Of a DNA stretch of 64,000 bases, positions 23,525 to 36,300 are shown in pieces (position 1 is the stretch's first letter; every line of letters starts with the position of its first letter). Source of the stretch: Ylistrum balloti (Eukaryota); the NCBI RefSeq assembly GCF_031769215.1, contig NW_026782299.1, positions 1,798,001 through 1,862,000 on the forward strand. The letters run 5' to 3'. The position numbers and the translations under genes are program-made. The notes under the pieces are model-generated. The model was not told the DNA's origin. It was given only the letters and a program-made list of their open reading frames with translations, and did not search any database.

Positions 23525-25934
23525 TGAAGTGTGTTTTGGAAAAAACTTGCAACTTGTTACTAGTATTGTAGATATTTTTTTTAATGCCGGTGTGATATAT
23601 ATGAAATCAAGTAAGTGTTGATTATATTTGTGTTATAGAATTACACATTATTTAATTATACAATGTGTAATCTATTTTCTTTACAACAAGGTGCAATAAT
23701 ACATGTAAATCTTGATACAATGTTACTTAGAAGTAATTTTAAACAATACTCTGTATTCAGAAATACGTTGAACTCTGTTAGATATCTTACTTTATCACAT
23801 AATCAACTTTTGTATCCACTGAATTCGTCCATGTGATATATATATATATATATACACTAGAGAAATGTACATTGACTGTGATTGTGACGTCATTATACAA
23901 TGGTTTTACATCACTAATTGAAAATAGTGCAATAAACATGGCGGATTTAATTTAATTTTATAAAAAGTCTCCTCCTTTGTTTTCATTTAATACGAGATTT
24001 TATGACTTTTTGTTATTAAATTGATGGAGTATTGTTTTGATAATCTACAACTTGCGATATTGTAAAAAGTCCATATCTTACCTCGAGAATAACTTTACCA
24101 GATGTGTTTTACGTTATTGGCGATTACATATTGTTTTTGGTGTTCTTATAATATATTTTATTATACAATTACATGACTATATATAATATTCAGCATTGAA
24201 CTACCTCTTAACTATGATTTGTATTCCTTGTTGTAAGTGTCGTCTAGACATATTGGCAAATCAAATGTACTTTAGGTGAAACCTCAAAGAATGCGACTTA
24301 AAGAAGAGAGAGCGGCAATTTCCACCTAACTGAAATAAAGTTAAGTTGTATTATACTGGAATAATAATAAAAAATGGGGACTTGGAGCGAATGTGTAGAT
24401 TGTTTGGGTGTTTTTATTTAACATATAGAAATGATTAGAATATGAAATTTGTAATACACCTTAAATACAGGTACACTCAACAGTCCTATCGTGGTCTGTT
24501 ACATCAGATGGTGACAATCCGAAGGATTAGTAGACATTGTTTGTAGATAAGAATTTTCATCCTTACAGCTGTCAGAAAAGAGAATGTATAAAACATATAA
24601 GCTGATAAATCTTATTAGTAATGGAGGTTTGTGTCTTATGACAGATGTTACTGAGAAAAACGTAAGAAATTCTCTTTAAAAGAGCGATGTACATCCTAGT
24701 TAAACATGCTTGGTATATATTGCACCTAACCTGCGTTGTGTAGTTAGAGTCTTAATGTTGAGAAAAAAAAAAAAAACACTGAAAGGTTTTTTTGAACGTT
24801 TTCATGTATCTGCCAATTGACTGGAATAAGTCATTCAAATAACTACTATTCATGATAAGCTTGTCAAAGATCCAGAAATTGTTTACCTAATTTATTTTGA
24901 TTCCCTCAGTGAAGTTCCTATGTATATCGACTTACGTCCGATGAGGAGAATGACGTAGCATACGGAAGGGTTCATCACAAAATTCAGAAGCTTTCACCAT
25001 TAAACAAGGAAACTCTCATATGATTTCATCAACAAACACAGACCCCTCATCATAAAATACAAAAGCTTTCATCAGAAAGTGCTTGTATTTTTGTCATGAA
25101 ATTAAAAATCTAGTCGAAATGTATCAAAAAGATTTTATTGCGATTATTAAGGGAGACAACTCTTCTGTACTTATACTCAACGAAGAAATTATCTTAACCT
25201 TGACCGGTAATACCTTAGGGGAAGACGAGGGGATTCCCTTGTCATGACAATGTAATGACGTTCCAGCAAGGTTCATTGACTCCACTTAAAAAATCAATAA
25301 TATATTGCCGTCAGTTCCAAGCATTGAAATAACGCTATATATATAAGAAGCAAATACTTAATAGTTTCAGAAAAAAACCCGTTCCCCTTCGCAAGCCTCG
25401 TGTTGCGTTGAAATGATCTCATCACCCCTCTATAGATGAAAGATTCTATCAATCTACAGCACGCAGTATAAATCTAATGGTAATTAACGTCACGTTGACT
25501 CTTATGACGTCATAAAGGCAATGACGTCACAAAAGCACGTTAGTTACTCAAGTTGTGGGCGTATCTCGTGGACACAGCCAGCATATATAGATGAAAAATA
25601 TTCATGTATGAATCTCGAAACAGCGTTATCAAAAAGAATCAATAATAACTGTCTTCGAAATATCGATCAACGGTGACTTATAAGGACCCCTACAGTGATC
25701 GGATTTTATTTTTCAATTTCATGTGATCAGTCCTAAATAGCCCTTGGTTTGAATAAAATAATGTTACTTCAATTTTACCCTTAATTCTCAATCCATAAGG
25801 CCTACTTTCGTGGTGTAGAACATTTCCTAGTCCATTCCAATTAAAATTTGATATATCACCGCAGGCCAGCGAAGACAAAGCTCGAAATTAGTTTAAAGAT
25901 TAGAAAGTGTATCTAGGGAATGTTGGGGGGATTG

Positions 25935-28095
25935 TTTGCACTGACTCTAAAGTGTATATAGAGAAGGGGGCGGGGAGTATTTGCACTGACTAAATAGTGT
26001 ATATAGAGAAGGGGGCGGGGTGTGTGTTTGCACTAACTAAATAATGTATATAGAGAAGGGGGCGGGGTGAGTGTTTGCACTAACTAAATAGTGTATATAG
26101 AGAAGGGGGCGGGGTGAGTGTTAGCACTAACTAAATAGTGTATATAGAGAAGGGGCGGGGGAGTGTTTGCACTATAAATAGTGTATATAGAGAAGGGGCG
26201 GGGGAGTGTTTGCACTAACTAAATAGTGTATATATGTTTGCACTAACTAAATAATGTATATAGAATAGTTTGCACTACTAAATAGTGTATATAGAAGGGG
26301 GCGGGGGAGTGTTTGCACTAACTAAATAATGTATATAGAGAAGGGGGCGGGGTGAGTGTTTGCACTAACTAAATAGTGTATATAGAGAAGGGGGCGGGGG
26401 GAGTGTTTGCACTAACTAAATAGTGTATATAGAGAAGGGGGCGGGGTGAGTGTTTGCACTAACTAAATAATGTATATAGAGAAGGGGGCGGGGTGAGTGT
26501 TTGCACTAACTAAATAATGTATATAGAGAATGAGCACCGGTGAGAGTTTGCACTCACTAAATAGTGTATATAGAGAAGGGGGCGGGGTGAGTGTTTGCAC
26601 TAACTAAATAGCGGGGGGAGGGGTGTAATAGTATATAGAGAAGGGAGGGCGGGGGAGTGTTTGCACTAACTAAATTGTATATAGAGAACGGGGTGAGTGT
26701 TTGCACTAACTAAATAGTGTATATAGAGAAGGGGGCGGGGGAGTGTTTGTATATAGTATATAGAAGGGGGCGGGGTGAGTGTTTGCACTAACTAAATAAT
26801 GTATATAGAGAATGAGTGTTTGCACTAACTAAATAATGTATATAGAGAGTTTGCACTAACTAAATAAGTATATGTTTGCACTAACTAAATAGTGTATATA
26901 GAGAAGGGGGCGGGGTGAGTGTTTGCACTAACTAAATAGTGTATATAGAGAAGGGGGCGGGGTGAGTGTTTACACTAACTAAATAGTTTATATAGAGAAG
27001 GGGGCGGGGTGAGTGTTTGCACTAACTAAATAGTGTATATAGAGGGGGCGGGGGAGTGTTTGCACTAACTAAATAGTGTATATAGAGAAGGGGGCGGGGT
27101 GAGTGTTTGCACTAACTAAATAGCGTATATAGAGAAGGGAGGGCGGGGGAGTGTTTGCACTAACTAAATAGTGTATATAGAGATGGGGCGGGGTGAGTGT
27201 TTGCACTAACTAAATAGTGTATATAGAGAAGGGGGCGGGGTGAGTGTTTGCACTAACTAAATAGCGTATATAGAGAAGGGAGGGCGGGGGAGTGTTTGCA
27301 CTAACTAAATAGCGTATATAGAGAAGGGGGGCGGGGGAGTGTTTGCACTAACTAAATAGTGTATATAGAGATGGGGGCGGGGGAGTGTTTGCACTAACTA
27401 AATAGTGTATATAGAGAAGGGGGCGGGGGGAGGGGTGTTTGCACTAACTAAATAATGTATATAGAGAAGGGAGGGCGGGGGAGTGGTTGCACTAACTAAA
27501 TAGCGTATATAGAGAAGGGGGCGGGGTGAGTGTTTGCACTAACTAAATAGTGTATATAGAGAAGGGGGCGGGGTGAGTGTTTACACTAACTAAATAGTGT
27601 ATATAGAGATGGGGGCGGGGGAGTGTTTGCACTAACTAAATAGCGTATATAGAGAAGGGGGGCGGGGGAGTGTTTGCACTAACTAAATAGTGTATATAGA
27701 GAAGGGGGCGGGGGGAGGGGTGTTTGCACTAACTAAATAATGTATATAAAGAAGGGAGGGCGGGGGAGTGGTTGCACTAACTAAATAGCGTATATAGAGA
27801 AGGGGGCGGGGTGAGTGTTTGCACTAACTAAATAGTGTATATAGAGAAGGGGGCGGGGTGAGTGTTTACACTAACTAAATAGTGTATATAGAGAAGGGGG
27901 CGGGGTGAGTGTTTACACTAACTAAATAGTTTATATAGAGAAGGGGGCGGGGGAGTGTTTGCACTAACTAAATAGTTTATATAGAGAAGGGGGCGGGGGG
28001 AGTGTTTGCACTAACTAAATAGTTTATATAGAGAAAGGGGCGGGGGGGGGGAGTGTTTGCACTGACTTAATAGTGTATATAGAGAAGAGGGCGGC
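25935..28095. repeat. 47-bp minisatellite, about 45 copies
   Basis: Unit GTGTTTGCACTAACTAAATAGTGTATATAGAGAAGGGGGCGGGGTGA; period 47 measured at 26071/26118; some truncated units. Confidence 0.95.
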
Positions 28096-28097
28096 GG

Positions 28098-28435
28098 AAT
28101 GTTCCCTAACTTTGGCGGTGTTACCAATGTATTCCAATGTTCTCTAAATTTTGCGGTGTTACCAATGTATTCCAATGTTCTCTAAATTTTGCGGTGTTAC
28201 CAATGTATTCCAATGTTCTCTAACTTTGGCGGTGTTACCAATTTGTTCCATTTTTCTCTAACTTTGGCGGTGTTACCAATGTGCTCCAATGGTCTCTAAA
28301 TTTTGCGGTGTTACCAATGTGTTACAATGTTCTCTAACTTTGGCAGTGTTACCAATCTGTTCCATTGTTCTCTAACTTTGGCGATGTTACCAATCAGTTC
28401 CGTTATTTTCTAACTTTGGCGGTGTTACCCAATAT
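28098..28435. repeat. 38-bp minisatellite, about 9 copies
   Basis: Unit AATGTTCTCTAACTTTGGCGGTGTTACCAATGTATTCC; period 38 measured at 28098/28136. Confidence 0.92.
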
Positions 28436-30117
28436 CATTTGTGTCCTGCCTTCGTGCCGTTTGATTTCTCAATGCGGTACTTGTATTTCCTTGATCAAAA
28501 ATGGTCTACCAAAAATATCCAAGTCGATGTTTCACTACCCCGGATGTTCCTGATGGTAATTCTGACTGTAGAAGGTTGTACAATTTTATCTTGATCTCCG
28601 ATCAATTCTGACTCCCAAATGTTCACGCTTTCGTAAATTGTGACCTCTGGAACTATTCGCACAATTCAAACGTTTTACTGTTATCGATCAGCGAATTGGA
28701 AATCATAGGCGAAAATTTGGTCATCAGATCAGAAGATACAATCGAGAAATTTGAATGTCACAACAATTCTCTGTTCTACGGTATTCTTGTACTCAACTCT
28801 TCTTCTCTAGCGTATGAAGCCCCCTACCCCCCCCCCCCCCCACCCATAGAAATTTAAATGATAACATCACCGTATGAAAAAATATGAATATAAAGTGAAA
28901 ATTGAGTCTATTTACGGACTTTCGTAAGATAACTGATATTGGGTTCGGCCTCCGCGATTAGTAAGAGCTCACGCCTTTTCGCTAACAGTTTTTCAAGTCA
29001 TGCTTTTACCTAACTGATTTCACGGTTAAAGGACGAGATATTAGGAAAACCTCAAGGGGATACGACTTAGTATTGAAAAAATAGCTGGAATAACCAAACG
29101 AAATGGCATTTAAACAACCATGATATCAATGAGGAAAGGAAAGCGCTTTCAGCCATTATTAGTTCCAGTGTAGCGTTAAAATATCAATAACAGATAATAT
29201 AAGTAAGTTTACTATAACTTATATACCAATAATGGTAGTATGTAGCACCTCTATTTCTGATCCGAGTTGACACTTGGCTAGATATGTGATGATTAAGCCG
29301 GCCTTTCTGTTATAAACAAAAGTTAAGTTGAAAGGTGTTTTACCTGGAGTATTACGCGCATTTGGGATCTATATACTGTATGTGAGTGTTTCCTATCTTT
29401 TCCATTCCTGGGTAATTTCATCTCTTCATGTCCCAGCTGTTTTAAGCCGATACTACGTCTAAATTCGTATTGAAAGTTGTTATCCCCTGGTGAATTTTGT
29501 ACAATCAATTGGGTGTGTTCGCTACAAGTCAAGTCACAAGCACATATAGCTATATTATCCTATTGGTTATATAGGTACTATGTTACTTTATTTTATGTTT
29601 GAGAATTAACACACTCACACGACCTGTACTTACAACGGCCCCAATTTCTCTTACGAAGTGCTTCTTTATGTCTGTATATGTTTTTTCTTTATTTAGAGAG
29701 GGCCTGTGTAACACTATATCGCGGAGGTGATTTATCATTGTCGAGTTTTTTACCAAAGGTAACCTGACATAGCATTTTGTGAGGTGTCGATGATAACAGG
29801 TATACAAGGAAAGGTATGAATACACGTCCTTCTTTACGACCAGAAGCCTTTGTCTTGGTACAAACCGCCCCACTGCTCAGACCAAATACACGGGGTCGAT
29901 TATCTAATTGAAATACACATACACGACTTGGTCAGATATCTTTACCTGTGAATAAGTCTATCGCCAATTATCTCTGTATTCAATTTCACGTGTCACTTGA
30001 CGCTTAGAAAACGTACAATTTGATCTAACAAAATCAGAAGGAAGAACCACGTGTAAGATTATCGTTACTCCTCGGGGTTTATCGTTCAATTGTGACGTAA
30101 CGATCCCATTGTTGTCG

Positions 30118-30132
30118 GTTGCTACGGGTGAC
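30118..30132. promoter_or_regulatory. RFX X-box-like motif upstream of TEPP
   Basis: GTTGCTACGGGTGAC is one mismatch from GTTNCN(N0-3)RGYAAC. It lies just 5' of a putative UTR exon with donor AAG|GTAAGA (~30217) and acceptor at 30391. Confidence 0.45.
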
Positions 30133-30395
30133 GTTGTCGGTGTCTAGGACGGACAGTTGGCGGCAAACATTAGCAGCGTTGTACTTTATCAAACCGTGTA
30201 GTCGCAGAACAATCAAGGTAAGAAGAAACAGAATAGTATCAGATATTGACAGAAGGATAATATATTTATACATCAACAGTCGGATGTACCCATTCATTGT
30301 ACTATAGGACACCGCCGGAGGAGAAACAAAAAATATTCTTAATATATTTCATTAAGGGCATTAGGAACTTAATTTGTGATTTTTCGTTTAGGGCG

Positions 30396-33300
30396 ATGAC
30401 GACGGTAGGCGTGGATTCGGCGTATAACAATGTGGCACAGCCCATGAGGATCCCCAGTTATTCATACCAATATCCCTCCCATCGTAAAGTACAGTTAGCA
30501 GCTGTTAAAGATGGCCTCTTCCACCCCAATCTTCCCAGTTTCCGCAGAATGGATATGGATACTGCCGGACACAAGCTTCCGTACGAGCATTGCCGTACTA
30601 CCACAACCTGTGGCCCAGGTAAGGACACTTCTTGTTTCTTCTTCCAAACTTTGTCATATTTTATATTTTGTGTCTTTTATTAAATTCTATTCTCTCTCAT
30701 AAAGCCTTTTAAATTCCATACAGACTTTTTGTGTAACTATTTAGTTTATTGTGCGTAATACATGTACGTACACGGAGAACTGTTATCCTTTATAATCCTT
30801 TGTAATCCTATGTAAGTTCGCGCATTCAGTACTTTATATCATATACACGATTATCCAAAACATGGACAAATGATTCGATTGACTAAATTTCTATTTTACG
30901 AGTGTGAATGACTCAGATTTGTCGTATTTTTACCTTCTGTAAGAAATGGGAACAACATTATTTATGGTACTATTGAGATATGTTTGTGTCAGATACGTTT
31001 AGTCAATAACGTGTATTCTACAAACTGGAACTGTGGAACATACCTTACAGATTAGAGATACGACTGATTGCCATACCTGTACAAAAGGTATTCAGGTGTG
31101 CACGGTGTTTGGTTCAATAGATCCAGTTCCTAACCCAATTCTTCAATTATTTAGTACAATGAGTTACCGCCTGATCTACCATCGATTGGTACAGAGGCTG
31201 ATAGGTATTATAAAACACGATACCGTTGCGGGATTCGCTCGATACCTATACTTTACGGTTTATATTTTATGGTAGACAAAGCACGTTGAGTTTTATTTAT
31301 ATTTGTGGATGAAGTATAAAATACTACAGGAAACTTGTAAATGTATTCCTGTTTCGATGCATAATTAGTGAACTATTCATAAATAATAAACATCTCACCT
31401 ATTCAATTTATTCTCTTTTACCGTAGGGACTCAAAATTTTAATTAATATTCAAATCATACCTGGTGTTTGAATGTCAAACGCTTGTGGCCTTGTGTGATG
31501 TTGAATGTCCAAATTGGAAAAGATTCAGTCTAGCTCATATTTTCAACATAGTCAATAACAGACTGTCCAAACCAACTGTTCTACAAATACACATAAATAG
31601 TTTCCCCCAATCAAATAGTCACTAATATATGGGATAATTCCAAAACAACATTTGTTTGCTGTCATTTTGTAGTAACATTTCGATATAAATGGCACGGGCA
31701 CGATCATTAAAGTTAATGAATTTCTACTGGAAATCAACATGGGCTTTAGTCTAATAAACATACGATATTAAGTTTATAACGGAAAATCCTATTTTAAGTC
31801 TGATAAACTTTGCTCGTCTGCTCCCGTAATCTTATCGATCTACGTTCCCAAATGTAAACACCGTTCTCTTGGATAGCTTACGACATCGCATTTTTCAGTT
31901 AGCAATTTTAAATAAGAGTCGGCCAATCAATATGCTGGCTTAAAAGCAAACTTTGCTGGCGTAATATGTAAAGGTCATACAAAGAATACAGATATCAACT
32001 GTTTTTAGTCATAAAACACATTGTAGGTGAATGTCAATATTGACCCTGTACATTTATTACACCTTCTAAATCTGGCACATATACATACACACATAAAAGT
32101 AGATACACGTACATTTCGGTACCCCGACCCGAAAGGCAGGGGATTACACATTCAAACCTATAAGATATGTACATATATACACATTGAAAGTAGACTGCCT
32201 GACACAATAGACACAATCAAGAAATCAGATATCTTATTATACATACGTAAACCGTGTACAGAACATTTAATACACTTTAAATCCGGTTGTACATTTTGCA
32301 TTCATGTCTAATTGTATCTAGCCAGTGGTAGCCCTATATAATATACTCACACAATGTAACTTGATCGACACATGAATTAAGGGTTTATAAACCCTGTAAC
32401 AAAGAGTTGTAATCCTACTTATTCTCCGCGCTAACATTCGGAAAATATACAAACGAACAAAATAATAATGTGAAAAACCGACCAGAAAGGTGTATTTATA
32501 TCGGGGAAGTAGTTCATATGTTCACGTTTGTTAGAATAGCATCTTTCACGATTAGAAACCTCATCTTACAATCATCAGTGACACTAAAGGCTTAACTCGT
32601 GGAGCCAATGAGACGACTGAAGAAATTCAAGATAGGTCGTAAGAATTGCTACGATCTAGTCAGGAAGGTGCACTACCCCATAACTTCTAAATGTTGGGTT
32701 ATTTCAAAAGAACGACAAGTTCTAGTATGTATTCTGAACAGTGTTCAACTGAACAAAGACGCGGTATTGATATGCAGGAAACCGCGTTGCGTTCACGTAG
32801 ATAAGTCTGTACGAGAGCACCGCCTTTAAATCAGTTCATATTTGTCAGCAGTGGTCCTTGATTTCTCTAGTCGACGTCATTGCTGACTTTTTCAAAGAAC
32901 TGGATTGAAATTAACATTTTGATAAGACATGATATAAATTGCGCTTACCTCGGTCATTATATTTGTATAATGTTCTACATTTCTCTCGTTGACCTAATTG
33001 CCATTAGCACTGCGTGAACGATACACTTTAGGTGAAAATTAACATTTAAATACTGACATAACAGGAATCACGTATAACGGTGTCGTTAATGGTTAATAAT
33101 TTCTACAGTTGACCTCGTTAAGTGTTGGCATTTCCAGTTAATGGACTGGTAAACTGTTGAGATTAAATTTACCTTCAAATATAATAGGATATATATTACC
33201 TTGTCAAATTCTCGACAGCTAAAAATCAGATCGAATCATCAGTTTTACGAAATAGGAAAGGAAATTAAAAGACCATTCCTTAACACGTCCTTGTGAAAAG

Positions 33301-36300
33301 TTTGAGTGTGGTGTTAATCGTTGTGGTGTTTGTTCAATACTCAAGTCTAATTCTTGTATGTCATTGGGTTATGGCGATGTGTAGATTGATGTCCTGTTTT
33401 AACCTACACACCTTGAATATATTCAACTTTGATAGTTAATTAAAATGACTTTCATTCGGCGATTTAAACCTGTCTGTACGTTCAGTAAAGAATTCGGCAG
33501 ACATGTGTAAGTATTCACGAAATCCAGACATTGATCAGTATGATAATGTCATTTTAAAGAAAAAGATTCGCCTTGTTCTGTTTGATTGTTTCCCTATCAA
33601 TTCTACAACAAGAAGATTGTGCCAATCTGTTAGAATAGCTTTCGGAGTCAACAGAATTATTCTGGAGACAATAAATATATCTTAAAAATTTAAAGACATT
33701 TCCTGGAGATATAATCCATTATATTAATATCTGTATCAAATTGTGTAATTGTATAATCTATATTTTATTGAATAGGAGTCCTATGCTGAATACTACTGCT
33801 GACTAAATCCATTATGTAATTTTTTTCTGATATAACAAATACTAGGTGTTGTGTCATGTGTCACGACCTCTCCAAAGAAACGAAACAAGATTTACTTGGA
33901 TAAGAACATCAAATAATCACATAATTGAATTTTGGGGACATCTAATCACAAAACTGAATCTTAAGTTAAACAATTATATCACTGAATCATAGGATAAAAT
34001 AATGATAGAAGTGAATTATGGGGTCAGATAATCACAGAAATTAATTTTGAGGTTTAATATAATCACGGAACCGTATTAAGGGAGCGTAGATATAGGTTTA
34101 GTTTAACTTGAGTTTAATATACTTAGTCTTGGTAAGCTTATTACTGGTAAACGTTAAAAGTAAACCAGCCAAGCATAACCAGGTATATCATGGTTTCATT
34201 AACAGAGCATACACTCAGAATTCTCTAAGTTGTGTTTTAACAGTACTAAAATCGCTGGTACGGTGTCTTTTTAAGAATGTTTATTTACAAAATATTCGCA
34301 ATAACGTATATAATGAAGAATAAATAAATAAATAAACATTCGACTGGCATTCCTAATTATAATATATATTATATTTCGATATTAGCCCAGTAATTCGTCC
34401 GTCCATGATACGACACTGAGCATGGGGAAAGAAAAGGACAACGAACCGGATAATAGCATTCGCCTATGAGAATCACCGACGTTAAACTCTGAAATTGCCC
34501 TTAAGCCTCACTATTACCAGACACTTATCCCTAAAATGATTTGTCTATAAAATGCCTAATCCGATGACTTTTTGGATAAAGATTATTTTGTTTGGTCCTA
34601 GGTTGTATACTCTACCTAGGGGAAAGTCTGAGAGCTCTTTGTAATGTTTCTGACTTCAGTTTGTGTACCGCTACTTCGGGTGAAGCCCGAAAGCTTCCGT
34701 ATTGCGTCTAACAGGGGTTATGTACCGTTACTGGTGATACAGACCGAAAGTTCCCGTATTGTGTTTAACTAGGCTTGTGTACCATCACTGGGGTAAAGAC
34801 CGAAAGTTCCCGTATTGTGTCAAACAGTGGTTATGTACCGTTAATGTTGGTTAAGCCCGAAAGCTCCCCTTTTGTGACTGACTAAGTTTACTATGGGTAA
34901 AGCCCGAAAGCTCCCGCATCGTGTCTAACTGGGGTTTTGTGTACCGTTACCGTGGGTAAAGACCGAAAGTTCCCGTATTGTGTCTAACTGGGGTTGTGCA
35001 CCGTTCATGTGGGTTAAGCCCGAAAGCTCCCGTGTTGTGTCTAACTGGGGTTTTGTGTACCGTTACTGTGGGTAAAGACCGAAAGTTCTCGTATTGTGTT
35101 TAACTGGGGTTGTGCACCGTTAGTGTGGGTTAAGCCCGAAAGCTCCCCTATTGTGACTGACTAGGGTTACAGTGGTTAAACCCGAAAGCTTCCATATATG
35201 TCTGATTAGTTCTGTATGCCGTTACTGGGGTAAAGACCGAAAGCTCTCGTATTGCCACTGACTAGAGTTACAGTGGTTAAACCCGAAAGCTTCCTTATAT
35301 GTCTGATTAGTTCTGTATGCCGTTACTGGGGTAAAGACCGAAAGTTCCCGTATTGTGACTGGCTAGGGTTACAGTGGTTAAACCCGAAAGCTTCCATATG
35401 TGTCTGATTAGTTCTGTATGCCGTTACTGGGGAATACGCCCGAGAGTTTCTATATTGTGCTTGATTAGTGTTGTGTACCGCTACAGGTGGTAAAACCCGA
35501 AAGCTCCCGTATTGTGTCTAACTGGGATTGTGTACCGCTGCAGGGGGTAAAACCCGAAAGCTCCCGTATGGTGTCTAACTGGGGTTGTGTACCGCTGCAG
35601 GGGGTAAAGCCCGAAAGCTCCTGTATTGTGTCTGCCTATACAACTGTTATAAAATTATTTTTAAAGCTTATCTATGTTGATTGACACATTTATCGATTTT
35701 TTAAAAATCAATATTTGCTCTTGAGTTGCCCATTAATGATAGTTGACAGCCATTTGTAGGCTTATACGGTGACGAGTGGTATAACCCGGTGATATCTATG
35801 TGTAGACATATACTATTCATTGAATTTTTATAAAATCTATACGCTGACAGACGGAATGCAAATACATGTACTATTAATGAAGTTTAAATTTGGATACCTG
35901 AACGCTTAACTACTTTCGTAACATCAGCACGTACACGAATTGAACTCGAAATAAACTCACACAGAGTGTAGCTAACAATGTCAATATTACGAAAGGATCA
36001 CGTGAATAAATTAGTCTGTGGGAGTCGAACGCGTTATAGACCTTGTACAGAAACTTAGTTCATTCTTATGACATACATCAAAATTTAAATGTAACCCTAG
36101 TAAATTAGTAGCCGCAATATACTGCTAGGATAGAGAGAATTTCTCTTCAGCTCGATCGGTTGAGCGTCAGACTAGTAAGTCAGAGGTCCCGGGTTCGAAT
36201 CCTACCTAAGGCACTGAAAAAAAATAATGACCTCTGTTACATACAACAGAGGGGAAATGGTAATCGACATCCCATCTTATGATCGGTAAAATGAGCGAGA

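Noticed and set aside
25935-28435. CRISPR-like array of regular repeats
   Set aside because: Units are head-to-tail with no unique spacers, there are no cas genes, and the context is eukaryotic.
34640-35632. Hammerhead ribozyme in the CCGAAAG/CTGATTAG repeat
   Set aside because: The core reads CTGATTA rather than CTGANGA, and I could not build stems I-III.
36141-36214. Functional tRNA-Thr gene
   Set aside because: No acceptor-stem pairing and a mismatched anticodon stem; better explained as a SINE head or pseudogene.
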